A stretch of 63,379 bases of DNA, counting the filler, from Reclinomonas americana ATCC 50394 (taxonomy: Eukaryota), in assembly GCA_048213135.1 (NCBI GenBank). It is 19 parts of 19 records of this genome, joined end to end, with 100 filler letters (N's around TTAATTAATTAA, not from the genome) between each part and the next. Parts side by side here need not be neighbours in the genome. Positions count along the whole stretch, not along the records: positions 8,637 to 16,451 come from AFZH01023850.1; positions 16,552 to 18,261 come from AFZH01023852.1; positions 18,362 to 19,438 come from AFZH01023853.1; positions 19,539 to 22,923 come from AFZH01023854.1; 15 more parts are not named here. One strand, given 5' to 3'. This document shows positions 9,851 through 23,023 of this stretch, piece after piece. The translations under genes were made by a program, and so were the position numbers. Below the pieces are notes generated by a model. That model saw nothing but the letters and a program-made list of their open reading frames with translations, searched no databases and was not told the DNA's origin. Position 1 is the first letter of the stretch, and each line of letters opens with the position of its first letter.

Positions 9851-12800
9851 ATGGCGGAGAACCTGGAAGTCGAAGGAGAAGTACATTTCGAATTCGTTCG
9901 ACTTTCGATGCTTCCCTGCGAACTCTGCAGTGCATTTGACTTTCCTCTCACTGTCTCATATACAGGACTACCTGCAAAAGGCCCTTCCCGGCGTTCAAGG
10001 GAGTTTCCTCGCTGGAATCCACCCGTCCAATTCATCCGTCGTCACAGGACGATTGATTGTCCCGGCGCGCTCATTCGCTTGCAAGTCCGCGATCTCCCGT
10101 GCACATGCTTCACATTCACCCCCTTGCTCGTGAGAGAACAGACACCCTGCATCATGCGATTCTGGCTGCGCAAACGTGGAAAACATTACATGTGAGTTGT
10201 GACCAGCAGGCAGTCATTGTTCCGACATTGCACTGCTCACCTGGCGCTGTCACAGTGACCCCACCACCGATGGTGTGGTTAACATTCCGTCATGGTATGT
10301 CCGTTTCACGCCTGGAGACGCCGCACTGACGAAGAAGGTGAGCGATGCTTGAAAGGAGCAGGATGTCCAAGTTGTTGCTGCGCTCTGTGTGTCGGTGCTC
10401 TCGCTGCGCTCTGTGTGTCGGTGCTGTCGCTGTGCTCTGGGTGTCGGTGCTATCGCTGTGCTATTGGTGTCGGTGCTATCGCTGTGCTATTGGTGTCGGT
10501 GCTGTCGCTGTGCTATTGGTGTCGGTGCTGTCGCTGTGCTATTGGTGTCGGTGCTGTCGCTGTGCTCTTGGTGTCGGTGCTATCGCTGTGCTCTTGGTGT
10601 CGGTGCTATCGCTGTGCTCTTGGTGTCGGTGCTATCGCTGCGCTCTTTGTGTCGGTGTTATCGCTGTGCTCTGGGTGTCGGTGCTATCGCTGTGCTCTTG
10701 GTGTCGGCGCTCTCGCTGTGCTCTGGGTGTCGGTACTGTCGCTGTGCTCTGGGTGTCGGTGCTATCGCTGCGCTCTGTGTGTCGGTGCTGTCGCTGTGCT
10801 CTTGGTGTCGGCGCTCTCCCTGTGCTCTGTGTGTCGGTGCTGTCGCTGTGCTCTGTGTGTCAGTGCTGTCGCTGTGCTCTTGCTGTCGGCGCTGTCGCTG
10901 TGCTCTCCATGTCGGTGCTGTCGCTGCACTCTTGCGTGTCGGTGCTGTCACTGTGCTCTGTGTGTGAGTGCTGTCGCTGCACTCTTGGTGTCGATGTGCT
11001 CTGTGTGTCGATGCTGTCGCTGCTCTCTGCGTGTCGGTGCTGTCGCTGTGCTCTGCGTGTTGGTGCTGTCGCTGTGCTCTGTGTGTCGGTGCTATCGCTG
11101 TGCTCTGCGTGTCGGTGCTGTCGCTGCACTCTTGCGTGTCGGTGCTGTCACTGTGCTCTGCGTGTCGGTGCTGTCGCTGTGCTCTGCGTGTCAGTGCTGT
11201 CGCTGTGCTCTGCGTGTCGATGCTGTCGCTGCTCTCTGCGTGTCGGTGCTGTCGCTGCACTCTTGCGTGTCGGTGCTGTCACTGTGCTCTGCGTGTCGGT
11301 GCTGTCGCTGTGCTCTGTGTGTCGATGCTGTCGCTGCTCTCTGCGTGTCGGTGCTGTCGCTGTGCTCTGTGTGTCGGTGCTGTCGCTGTGCTCTGCGTGT
11401 CAGTGCTGTCGCTGTGCTCTTGTGTCGGTGCTGTTCGCTGTGCTCTGCGTGTCGGTGCTGTTCGCTGTGCTCTGCGTGTCAGTGCTGTTCGCTGTGCTCT
11501 GCGTGTCGGTGCTGTTCGCTGTGCTCTGCGTGTCAGTGCTGTCGCTGTGCTCTGCGTGTCGATGCTGTCGCTGCTCTCTGCGTGTCGATGCTGTCGCTGC
11601 GCTCTATGTGTCGGTGCTGTCGCTGTGCTCTGTGTGTCGGTGCTGTCGCTGCGCTCTGTGTGTCGATGCTGTCGCTGCGCTCTGTGTGTCGATGCTGTCG
11701 CTGCTCTCTGCGTGTCGATGCTGTCGCTGCGCTCTGTGTGTCGGTGCTGTCGCTGTGCTCTGTGTGTCGGTGCTGTCGCTGCGCTCTGTGTGTTGGTGCT
11801 ATCGCTGTGCTCTGCGTGTTGGTGCTATCGCTGTGCTCTGGGTGTCGGTACTGTCGCTGTGCTCTGGGTGTCGGTACTGTCGCTGTGCTCTGGGTGTCGG
11901 TGTTATCGCTGCGCTCTGGGTGTCGGTACTGTCGCTGTGCTCTGGGTGTCGGTACTATCGCTGCGCTCTGGGTGTCGGTACTATCGCTGCGCTCTGTGTG
12001 TCGGTGCTATCGCTGTGCTCTGTGTGTCGGCGCTCTCCCTGTGCTCTTGGTGTCGGCGCTCTCGCTGTGCTCTGCGTGTCGGTGCTATCGCTGTGCTCTG
12101 GGTGTCGGTGCTGTCGCTGCACTCTTGGTGTCGTTGCTGTCATTCTCCCTCTCCCTCCCTCTCCCTCCCTCTCCCTCCCTCTCCCTCCCTCTCCCTCCCT
12201 CTCCCTCCCTCTCCCTCCCTCTCCCCTCTCTCTCTTCTCTCTTCTCCTTCTCCCTTTCTTTCTCCCTCTCCCCTCTCTCCCTCCTCCCTCTATCCCTTCT
12301 CCCTTCTCACCCTTCTCCCCTTTTCGCCCTTCCCCATATCTTTCCCCTTGATTCAGGTTGGCCGCCTGAGCCAGGACCACGGCTGGAACTTGTACTCGGT
12401 GGGCCGCCTGGTCATGAGCGACGACGGGCACGGCCAGTGGTTCCTCCGCGAGTACTTTTGCCACCCGAAGGCCTACCGCGAGGCCCTGATGGTCATGCGC
12501 CACCACCTCCACGGCGAGGAGGCCGAGGACTACGAGGGCACGACAATGGACACGCAGGCGCACGGCGAGCGACTGCGCCACCGCCGCCCCATGCTCACCA
12601 AGTCGGCACTGGCGACGCGCCGTCGCATGTCCACCACGGGCGGCGGCGATGACGCCACGACGACGACGACACGGCGCATGGCGATGAGCGATGTGAGTCG
12701 TGGTACGACAATGATCGGCCGTCGCGGCACGGGAGGAGAGTTCACGTGGTCGCCGGCGCGGTGGCGCGCAGGCACCACCACCGGCACCACTGCTGGCGGT

Positions 12801-13775
12801 CGGCGATGGCATGATGATGCTGACGAGGACGAAGAGGGTGTGGAGGGTGTGGAGTATGTGGAGAGCGAGATCGAAGAGGATGAAACCGACGAGGAGGAAG
12901 AGGACGACAGTACGGTGCGTCAGACGTGGCGTTCCACGGGGACGACCACGACGGGCGGGGGCCGCCGTCAGATCGCTCACGAGGAGGATGATGAGGATGA
13001 GGATGACACTGCTGGCCGCGTGACGTCGACTCGCGATCGGGTGTATCGCCAGTCGGATGACATGCCGAACCGGCGTCGTCGTCAACTTCAGGGTGACATT
13101 CATGGTCGCGAATGGCACCATCCCACCCAGCTGGCTGGTGCACAGCCGTGGGGCACCATCGGCACACGCCGCAACCAGCCCATCGGCTCCGCCGCGGGTG
13201 GCATGTACGATCGCTCGACCATGACGACGACGACGGGCGTGCAGTACCGTCCCACGGGCACGCAGTACACTGCCAGTGGCAACTGGCGTCGCGGTACTAC
13301 GAAGAGCACCTACACGCGCAGCCGCGATGACGATGCCGATGATGACGACGACAACAAGGGGGAGTGGGTGGGCAATGGCAGCAAGACGCGCCGTCGTATT
13401 CCAATCATGGGCAAGTCGGTTGACACACGCCGTCGCGGCGACGACGACGACGATGACGACGAGGTGATGCGCACGACAGGTACTCGACGACGTGGTATGT
13501 GGTCGACGATGGATCATCAACAGCTCTCGTCCACTGGTGCCACGATGGATCTGCAGGACATCTCCAGCGGCAGCAGCAGCCGGCAGTTTGGCACGGCGGG
13601 ACATACCGGTGGCAGGCGGGGGTATGGAGGCCGCATGACGTCGGCGATGGGTGGGGGTGCCGGGATTGGCAATCGGCAGGCGTTCAAGGTGTCGACGGAC
13701 TGGACGGGGCGCAACAGCGATGACGATGATGGTGATGAGACGAGGCGTCAGTGGGGGTCGACGGTGGCGGCTTGA
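9851..13775 (+). CDS. Multi-exon hypothetical protein: short folded N-terminal domain and a long Thr/Gly/Arg/Asp-rich disordered tail
   Basis: Exons 10048-10084, 10142-10191, 10256-10337 and 12357-13775 splice in frame to TIDCPGALIRLQTPCIMRFWLRKRGKHYIDPTTDGVVNIPSWYVRFTPGDAALTKKVGRLSQDHGWNLYSVG. One upstream junction near 10000 is unresolved. Confidence 0.65.
10378..12140 (+). repeat. Intronic minisatellite with a ~26-bp unit (gtgtcggtgctgtcgctgtgctctgN), roughly 65-70 copies
   Basis: Directly visible tandem array between the donor at 10338 and the acceptor at 12356. Confidence 0.95.
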
Positions 13776-14700
13776 GAGGAGAGGGGAAGGAGAAGGGGAA
13801 GGAGAAGGGGAAGGGAAGGAGAAGGGAAAGGAAGCGGAGGAATGAAATGGAGGAAAATGAGAGAGAGGCAAGGGGAGGGAGAGGCGAGGGGAGGGAGAGG
13901 CAAGGGGAGGGAGAGGCAAAGGGGAGGGAGAGGCAAAGGGGAAGGGGAGGCAAGGGGAGGGAGAGGCAAAGGGGAAGGAGAGGCAAAGGGGAAGGAGAGG
14001 CAAAGGGAAAGAAGGCAAGAGGAAGAGCGGCAAGAGGAAGAGCGGCAAGAGAAAGAGGGACAAGAGGAAGAGAGACAAGAGGAAGAGAGACAAGTGTAAG
14101 AGAGACAAGAGGAAGAGATACAAGAGGAAGAGATACAAGAGGAAGAGAGACAAAGGAAGAGAGGCAAGAGGAAGAGACAAGGGAAGAGAGACAAGGGAAG
14201 AGAGACAAGGGAAGAGAGACAAAGGAAGAGAGACTAAGGAAGAGAGACTAAGGAAAAGAGACAAGAGGAAGAGAGACAAAAAAAGAGATACAAGAGAAAG
14301 AGAGACAAGAGGAAGAGAGACAAAGGAAGAGATACAAGAGAAAGAGAGACAAAGGAAGAGACAAGGGAAGAGAGACAAGGGGAAGAGAGACAAGTGAAGA
14401 AAGCACGAGAAGGAAGCCAGGGAAAGAAGCAAGGGAAAGAGGCAAGGGAATGAAGCAAGTGGAAGAGACAAGTGGAACGGAGGCAAGGGAAGGAAGCAAG
14501 GGAAAGCGGCAAGGGAAAGCGGCACGAAGGAGGCGAGAGAAAGTAGGAAGAGAAAGTAAGAAAAGGGAAAACAGTGAAGAATGAGGCAACTGGGAGAGGG
14601 GAAAGGAAGAAGATTAGCGGAGGGACGATAGAGTAGAGGAGAGGAGCGGAGAAAATTGAGAAGACTGAGAAGAGAAAAGTGAGGTTGAAAGACAAGAAGA
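13776..14700 (+). repeat. Purine-rich low-complexity tract between convergent genes
   Basis: gaggcaaagggga and acaagaggaagagag variants. Confidence 0.85.
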
Positions 14701-14838
14701 AACAGAGAGACGCAGCAGACAAGAAGAAAGATACACATCTGTGCGGCGGCTGCTGGAATGGGCAGAATTCATTGGCGACACCTACCCACAATAACTCTTC
14801 TCTCTCTATTCGCCTTCCCCCTCTTGCACCTCTCGAGC

Positions 14839-16193
14839 TCAATCGTAGATCGGGAAGAAGCACTTGAAGGCACCCTCGCAAAACTCGGCGGGGTTGTTGA
14901 ACCGGCGGTTGCGATTGAGACCGCTGATGGCAGTCATCTCTTCGTCGCTCAGCGCAAAGTCGAACAGTTCGATGTTCTCGCGCAGGCGCGACTCGTGCAC
15001 TGACTTGGGCACGATGCTGGTGCCGCGCTGGAGGCCCCAGCGCTGCGGGGGAGGGAGGGATGGGTGTGGAGAGAGGAAGAGAAGAGAAGGGGGCGGGTAG
15101 ATACCAGCGCAATTTGAGCCGGGGTCTTATTGTGGCGGGCGGCGCAGGTGGTGACGACTTCGGACTGCGGGTGGGTGGGTGAGTTATCGGGTAAGGAGGG
15201 AGGAAGAGAGACACGAGAGACACGAGAGACACGAGAGGCAAGAGAAGCAAGAGTGGCAAGAGAGGCGAATGAGGCAAGAGAGGCAAGAGAGAGGCAAGAG
15301 AAGCAACAGAGGAAAGAGAGGCAACAGAGGAAGAGAGGCAAGCGAGGCAAGAGAGGCAAGGGATGCAAGAGAAGCAAGAGAAGCAAGAGAGGCAAGAGAG
15401 AGGCAAGAGAGGCAAGAGAGGCAAGAAAGGCAAGAGAGAGGCTAGAGGGGCAAGAGAGGCAAGAGAGGCAAGAGAGGCAAGAGAGACAAGAGGCAAGAGA
15501 GGCAAGAGAGACGAGAGAGGCAAGAGAGGCAAGAGAGGCAAGAGAGGCAAGAGAGGCAAGAGAGGTAAGAGAGACAAGAGAGAGGCAAGAGAGGCAAGAG
15601 AGGCAAGAGAAGCAAGAAAGGTAAGAGAGACAAGAGAGACAAGAGGCAAGAGAGGCAAGAGAGACGAGAGAGGCAAGAGAGGCAAGAGAGGCAAGAGGCA
15701 GGGGAAGCAAGCGAGGCAGGGGAGGCAAGAGAGGCAAGCAAAAGTCACCTGCAACACACTCTCCTCCATCTGCGCCCCGCCGAGGGGCACATACGAGCCG
15801 GCGCCCAGCGGCGAGTACGCCGTCACGCGCACTCCCTCCTCGCGGCAGAAACGCAGGAGGCGCTCTTGCGTGAGGTACGGGTGCATCTCGACCTGGTTAA
15901 CGGCCGGCGGAATGTTGGCAAACGATAGCAGCTCACGCAGAATGACGGTGTTGAAGTTGGCCACGCCCAGGTTGCGCACGAGGCCGGCGTTGGCGCACTC
16001 TTCGAGCGCTTGCCAGGTTTCTTGGAGGGGGACTCGCTCCGGCTCCATGCAGGGGTACTCGGCAGTGAGCTGGGGAGGAGGTGAGATGGCGGAGAAAAGG
16101 GGAGGGTGGGCTGGGGGGTGACTCACGTCGTAGAACCATTCCGGAGGGTAGCGCGTTGCGAAGGGGACGAAGCGGAGGGGGACGGGGAAGTGG
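14839..16193 (-). CDS. Aldo-keto reductase, xylose-reductase-like (5' part missing in gap)
   Basis: Exons 16127-16193, 15749-16069, 15105-15164 and 14839-15042 give HFP..RYPPEW, LGVANF, NQVEMHPYL, TAYSPLG, TPAQIALRW, IVPKS and RRFNNP. Confidence 0.93.
15200..15740 (+). repeat. Nonamer repeat (gaggcaaga)n in an aldo-keto reductase intron
   Basis: Visible tandem array. Confidence 0.9.
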
Positions 16194-16551
16194 CTGTGAT
16201 GCGGGGGATGAGATGAGAGGGGGGCAAGGGGAAGGAAACGAGGGAGTGAAGGAGAGATGGGGAAGGAGAGGGGTGAGAAAGAGAGGGGGAGAAGGAGAGA
16301 AGGGAGAAGGAGAGGAGCCAAGGCGAGAGAGAGGGAAGGAGAGGGAGCCAAGGAGAGAGAGAGAGGGAAGGAGAGGGAGTGAAGGGGAGGGAGTGAAGGA
16401 GAGAGAGAGAGAGAGTGAAGTGGGGAGGGGGGAGAGAGAAGTAGAGGCAGANNNNNNNNNNNNNNNNNNNNNNNNNNNNNNNNNNNNNNNNNNNNTTAAT
16501 TAATTAANNNNNNNNNNNNNNNNNNNNNNNNNNNNNNNNNNNNNNNNNNNN

Positions 16552-16595
<44 letters not shown>

Positions 16596-16713
16596 GAGTC
16601 CAGGTGTGGCAAAGCAATGGAGAGATGAGGAAACGAAGGACTGAATGGGCGATTGCCCTCCGACAGGTATCGAAATCTGTGAAGATGGATTATGTGATCA
16701 CGTGCGCAGTTGG

Positions 16714-18701
16714 TGAGACGCAACTCGTGGTGGAAGGGAATGGGTTCGCTGGGAGGCGATTCGTTGGAGGTGAAGATGCGGTCGGCGATGACGTTGGTGC
16801 GGACTAGGAGGGGGTGGGAGGAGAGGGGAATGAGAGAGGGGGAGAGGAATGAGGAGGAGAGGAATGAGGAGGCGAGGAATGAGGAGGAGAGGATTGAGGG
16901 GGAGAGGAATGAGGGGGAGAGGAATGAGGGGGAGAGGAATGAGGGGGAGAGGAATGAGGGGGGAGGAAAGAGGAGGAATGAGGAGGAGAGGAATGAGTGG
17001 TGAGGGAGCGGGGAGAGAAGAGGGTGTGGGAGAAGAAGAGAAGAGAGAGGGGGGAGCGAAGGGGGAGAGAGAGGAGAGAGAGGAAAGCGAAGGGAAAGAG
17101 ACGGAGAAAGTGTGAAGGGAAGAACACAAATCCCGGAAGAGAACGACAGAGGGAGATTGATGAGAAGCGGGGAGTCTATTGAGAAGAGATAAAACTCAGA
17201 AACAGAAAGGGAGAGAAGGGACAGCGGTGGAGGCGAGAGAATGAGAAGAGGTTACGAGAACTAAGATGGGAGGGAGAGAAAAAAAGATGGAAATCGAGAG
17301 TGAGAAGACATAAAGAGAACACAACTGAGAGGAGGACTGAGAATGGAGTGGATACAGTGTGCGAGACGATTAGACAGTAATCGAGAGAGTGATAACATAA
17401 TAAGAGAATACAACTGGGAGGAGGACTAAGAAAGGAGTGGACATAGCGTGCGTGATGACAGCAGAATAAGACTAGAGACAGGAGAGTATTGAAATCAACG
17501 AGATAAACGAGCAAGGAGAAGGCGTGTGACAAGAAATAAAAAGAACACAGTTCGGAGGGAGAGACTGAAGAGAGAGGGAGAAGAGAGAGAAGAAAAATAA
17601 TGATTACAAATGAAGGGACGAGAACGGAATGGGAAAAAGTGCGTGTGAAGATAAAAAGCACAATTCAGCAGAAAACAGAGACATAGAGAAGAAGGACAAG
17701 AGAACGGATAGCCGAAGAATAGAAAAGCGAGAGCGAGAAAGAGAGACTAACGAGAGAAACTCAGAGCGAAGCAGAATCGGGACCAAGCAAGCAGATGACA
17801 GGAAACGGAGGGGGCATTGTGTGGGCGACGTGATGTGAAGGGCATCGAGGAGACACAGACAGAAGACCATCATTCGAGGGGCGAAAGGGAGTGGGAAACG
17901 TGCTCACCTGCAGCGCCGCCGACGTAGGGCATGGCTTCCAGGCCGAATGACTGGAAAACGGAGTCAAAGTCCTCGGCAGAGCGTAGGCCGAAGCCGCGGA
18001 AGACGATGGCGCCGTGGGTGGCGGCCTGGAGGGGGGGGGGAAGTGAGGGTGCAGGGAGGGAAGCAGGGAGAGTAGGATTCATGGGGTGGGTCGTTTTCTG
18101 TGTCTCACAGAGAGGCACAGATAGATAGACAGACAGAGAAAAGGATAGAATGAGTGGGGTGTGCGATGAGAGAATACGTCGTACGAGATCTCGAATGCTG
18201 CTTGCAAAGTGAATGGATGTTCTCTCTCTCACTCTCTCACACCCCCTCTCTCTCTCTCTCTNNNNNNNNNNNNNNNNNNNNNNNNNNNNNNNNNNNNNNN
18301 NNNNNTTAATTAATTAANNNNNNNNNNNNNNNNNNNNNNNNNNNNNNNNNNNNNNNNNNNNCTGTTCACCTGCTGATACAACTGCAATCGATGTGCGGCC
18401 ACCCACTCGCTCAACGCATGCACATCACCGCCGGCTGCGCTCTCAGCAGCGGGAGTAAGAGTCAGCGGGAAGGGTCGGCCGCGTACGATGCGGTCGCCGG
18501 GGACGCGGGAGGCTTCCACGGTGAGAGGCATGCAAAAAGATATTCCGTGAGTGAGACAAACGCAATGCGCCACGTCATGCAAACATCACTCGCTTCTGGA
18601 GTCGCAGCGTGCAGTGCTTGGGCGACGGTACTGGTTGTGGAGGGCGTGTGACTTGAGGTGTGCGCATGCGCTGTCTGTGAGAGTGTGCGAGAGTGCGACA
18701 T
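16714..18701 (-). CDS. TauD/TfdA-family Fe(II)/2-oxoglutarate dioxygenase, clavaminate-synthase-like (partial, spans a spacer)
   Basis: Exons GRPFPLTLTP...LSEWVAAHR, HGAIVFRGFGLRSAEDF...YVGGAA and RIFTSNESPPSEPIPFHHE, with the HxE metal ligands. The start position is uncertain. Confidence 0.85.
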
Positions 18702-18783
18702 GGCGCCAACCCGAACACTCGCACTCTTGTTGTCTCACTCGCTCACCAACAACCCCTCTCTTCGTGCTGTAGCGCAGGCGGGG

Positions 18784-19056
18784 ATGGCGGCGAGTGGCTC
18801 AGGGTCGCGCTCCGTCCTCGACCTTGACAACCCAGAGTTCTGTTGTCCGTGTGTGATTGATGTTGTCAGATGCCGCACTCACGACTCCCTGCTCTGCCGT
18901 CAGGTGTGCCAACTATGTGCGGTTCATGGCGGCCACGTTTGAGATGACCAAGGCACTGCAGCGTGAGTGTCATCATCGCCTTTCAGTCCTGCGTCGCATG
19001 TCGCCGGAATTTGATCCGCGAGAGTGGCTGAAGGGAGAGAAGAAGGCCAAGGCGAG
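18784..19056 (+). CDS. Possible first exons of a divergent hypothetical gene
   Basis: MAASGSGSRSVLDLDNPEFCCP and CANYVRFMAATFEMTKALQ flanked by GT/AG sites; runs into a (GA)n tract and a gap. Confidence 0.3.
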
Positions 19057-19199
19057 GTGGGTGGTAGAAGTTGGATGTTGGGGGCACGAGTGGGATAAAG
19101 GAATGTGCACAGAGACGAGCTGAGAGAATTGCAGTGGAGAGACAGAGGGTAAGAGCCGACATGCATGTAACAACGAATAAAGATGATGGGAATCGGAAA

Positions 19200-19800
<601 letters not shown>

Positions 19801-19870
19801 TATCTCCCTTTTTTCTCTCCCTGTCTCTCTTCACATCTATTGTACTCCTCTCATTCTATCCTTGAACAAG

Positions 19871-21097
19871 AACGCCACAAGGTTGCTTCTCCGTCGGACT
19901 CCCTGCATACTATGGTCCGCTCTACGCTAACCTTTTGTTCACAATGCAGTCATCTTAACCCACGTGGGAAATGTCCACGTTTGGACCCACACAAGCGCCC
20001 TGATATTGAGGCTTATGTCGCCGATCCTGATGGGCATCGATGCAGCACGTGGGACAGCGCAATGTGCTGTGCGGTGTTGGAACATGGTTGCTTCAATGGG
20101 ACGTCAGTTGCTTCTGATGTCGTGGTGAGTGCCTGTAACTCGCTTGTTTCCTTCCTCTTTCCGTGCTCTCATGAGAAGGTGATAGGTTGCTGCCGTGCGC
20201 AATGTTCGCGAACAGGGACGAAATCTCGTGGCGCACTTGCCCACCATGAGCCTCCCAAACCGTGATTTGCGTGCGGGAGTAACAGTACTTATCGACAACC
20301 TCGCCGTGCTTCAGGCCAACCGCATATCCGGTGACTACGACCACGGCGATGTGGAGGCTGCACTCCTGCAATGCACGAATGGTCTGTCAGTTTGTATTGT
20401 TTCGATGAGTATTGACCACATTATATTGATCAACCTTGTTGGGAAACAGCACCGATCTCCACATTCGATGTGGTGGCCCTGGAGGCTCGAGTGCGACGAG
20501 AGGCCGCCGATGCTGCAGGTTTGTCTACTGCCAGCTGAAGTAGTGTGTCCATTGTTGTGCCAAATGTTGCGTTGCAGCACTTGTGCTGAGCCTTCGTGGA
20601 GCCATGGAGCACCGGCTCGGCCAGCAAGACCAAGTGATGCAGCGCATTCTTCAGCTCCTGGAACGGTCCTCTCTCAATGACGAGCAGACGGCCTCACTAG
20701 CTACATTGGTGGGGAAGGCGGAAATGGCAGATGACGCTGGGGGTGCTGAGGTGGCGGTCGCGGCTGAAAACACACTTCGTGCTCTCAATCCAAGTTACTA
20801 CTACCGTTTTCCACGTATTTTTCATCGTTCTGCTGACCATTTCATGCGCACCCTTGCGAAAACCAGGTGACCCAATCTTCCAGTTTGCGCATATCCCACC
20901 GACATCTCTGAAGCGATTCCGTGAGCTGGGACGAGGTGGCTTTGGTGTCATTTATCTCGGTTCTTGGGAGGGTAAGCAGGTGGCCATCAAAGAGCTGCTT
21001 CTGGTAGCGCCCAGTGAGAAGGCTTTGCGGTTCGTTTGTGCGGGAAACATGTAGAGCATTGTCAGATGCATTGATTGACATGCGCGTCACCCTCTCT

Positions 21098-21162
<65 letters not shown>

Positions 21163-22548
21163 ATGTGTGTGTTTGTATGGCACCAGCGAAATCGAGGAAG
21201 AGGGTCGTCTGCTACGGCAGATTGCGCATCCGCACGTGCTGATGTGCTTTGGAGTTTGCCGCGAGGGCCAGCATATATCACTCATTCTCGAGTATGCTGA
21301 CGAAGGGGTTCGTCCGTACTTCTAAATGTGCTGCACTGTCTTTGTTTACTGATTGCTCCTTGTCGCACATCCAGGACCTGGCTGCTGTGATTCGCCGCTC
21401 TGGAACTTCTGCGAAATCTCTGTCTCAGTTGCTCTTGTGGGTGGCGCAGGGTGCGCGTGGACTTGCCCACCTGCACCGTCATGGCATTGTGCATCGTGAT
21501 GTCAAGCCAGCCAACATTTTGGTGTCCATGGCAGATGGAGCCAAGTGAGTAAGTCTTCCGCCAGTTTGCTGATGCACAAAGCTTACTCATGATTCGCACT
21601 TTGTAGAATATCTGACCTGGGTCTTGCGATTGTCAAGACAGAAACGAGGTCAAAAACGCCCGCGAGCGCAGCAGCTTCTTCTGTTGGTGGATCCATTCGA
21701 TACATGGCACCAGAGGTGTTCGGACTGCGTCCACGTCACAGTGACAAAAGCGACGTGTTTGGCCTGGCGTTGGTGATGTTGGAGTGTGTGACCCGCGAGG
21801 TTAGTTGCAGTTGCTGCTGAAATGCACCCATCGTTGGTCTCATGCTGCTGCCTGCAGATACCGTACATCGCCGTCGCAGATGACGACGAAGTTCGAGTTG
21901 CAGTGCGCGCTGGCGAACGTGACGAGATTCCTGACGAGACTCCAAGGCATGAATACGACGCCTTCAAAATTTGAGGTTGAAAAGCACTTACATTGCGACA
22001 TGCGCAGATCATTGGCCAAGTTGATTACGCGTTGCTGGGCGCAGAAGCCAGAGGAACGACCTGGAATGGGGGAGGTCGCGGAGGAGCTGGAGCGCATTGC
22101 CGGCGAGATGGTTAGTCCATTGTTTTGGTGTGAGCGAAATTCAAACTGCAACTGATGCGCTCTGCGACAACTGCTGCATCAGCGTGAAGCGGATGATCGA
22201 CGACTGGAGGAGAAAGCAGCGACGGCGCGTCGCTTGCATGATAACGAAGTTCGCCGCGTGCAAGCACTCTCAGTGGCTGAGGCTGAGCGTGCTCGACACG
22301 AGGAACAACGTCGACTGCAAGTCGACGCAGCTGCTGAGATCGAAAGGGTGAAGCGCGAGAAGGATGAGGCTGACGCGCGTAAGCGAGAGGAAGAGGCGGC
22401 GCAAGTTGAAAGAGAGCGACAACGTGCCAGAGAGGAGGCTGACCGAATAGAGCGCCAGCGTGAGGAAGCTGCTGCACGTCAGCGAGAGGAGGCGGCTGCT
22501 CGCGCGAAGGAACAACGCATACAGCAGGAAAAAGGTTCCCCTCATCAG
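19871..22548 (+). CDS. TKL-like protein kinase with an N-terminal HEPN-like domain and a C-terminal coiled coil (partial, multi-exon)
   Basis: GRGGFG, VAIK, HRDVKPANIL, ISDLGLA, GSIRYMAPE, DVFGLALVM and CWAQKPEERP. Upstream are WDSAMCCAVL and RNLVAH (20219-20236). An E/R/A-rich helix lies at about 22190-22548. Confidence 0.88.
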
Positions 22549-23023
22549 GTCTGTGTTGTTTAGCTTTTGTTTACAGTATCTGTGGTCGCACTGATATGCA
22601 AATTACAGTTGTGCAGAAGATGTGGCCAGCCAGCTGTTCCAGGTCAGAAATGCATCCACCACATGCAAGTTGCGTTAATTAGAGCTTTCTATTTTCTCTA
22701 CATGCATGTACTCATCTATCGAGCTCCCAGTGGGTAAGTTTGCAACTCTTGTGACATACGTAAGATGACTAATACTTGCGTACACGCGACAATGGCGATT
22801 GATGCATGATCATGCAGAAAGTTGAGTATGCTTGTGTGTATATGTGTATGAGAAAGAGAGAGAGAGAGAAGGGAGAAAGAGAGAGGGAGAAAGAGAGAGG
22901 AGAGAAAGAGAGGGAGAAAGAGANNNNNNNNNNNNNNNNNNNNNNNNNNNNNNNNNNNNNNNNNNNNTTAATTAATTAANNNNNNNNNNNNNNNNNNNNN
23001 NNNNNNNNNNNNNNNNNNNNNNN

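Noticed and set aside
10378..12140. CRISPR array
   Set aside because: The units are contiguous with no unique spacers, there are no cas genes, and the context is a eukaryotic intron.
10292..12652. Long Cys/Val/Leu-rich ORFs (786, 668 and 935 aa) as metallothionein- or keratin-like proteins
   Set aside because: They are read-through of an A-poor 26-bp minisatellite that lies inside a GT-AG intron.
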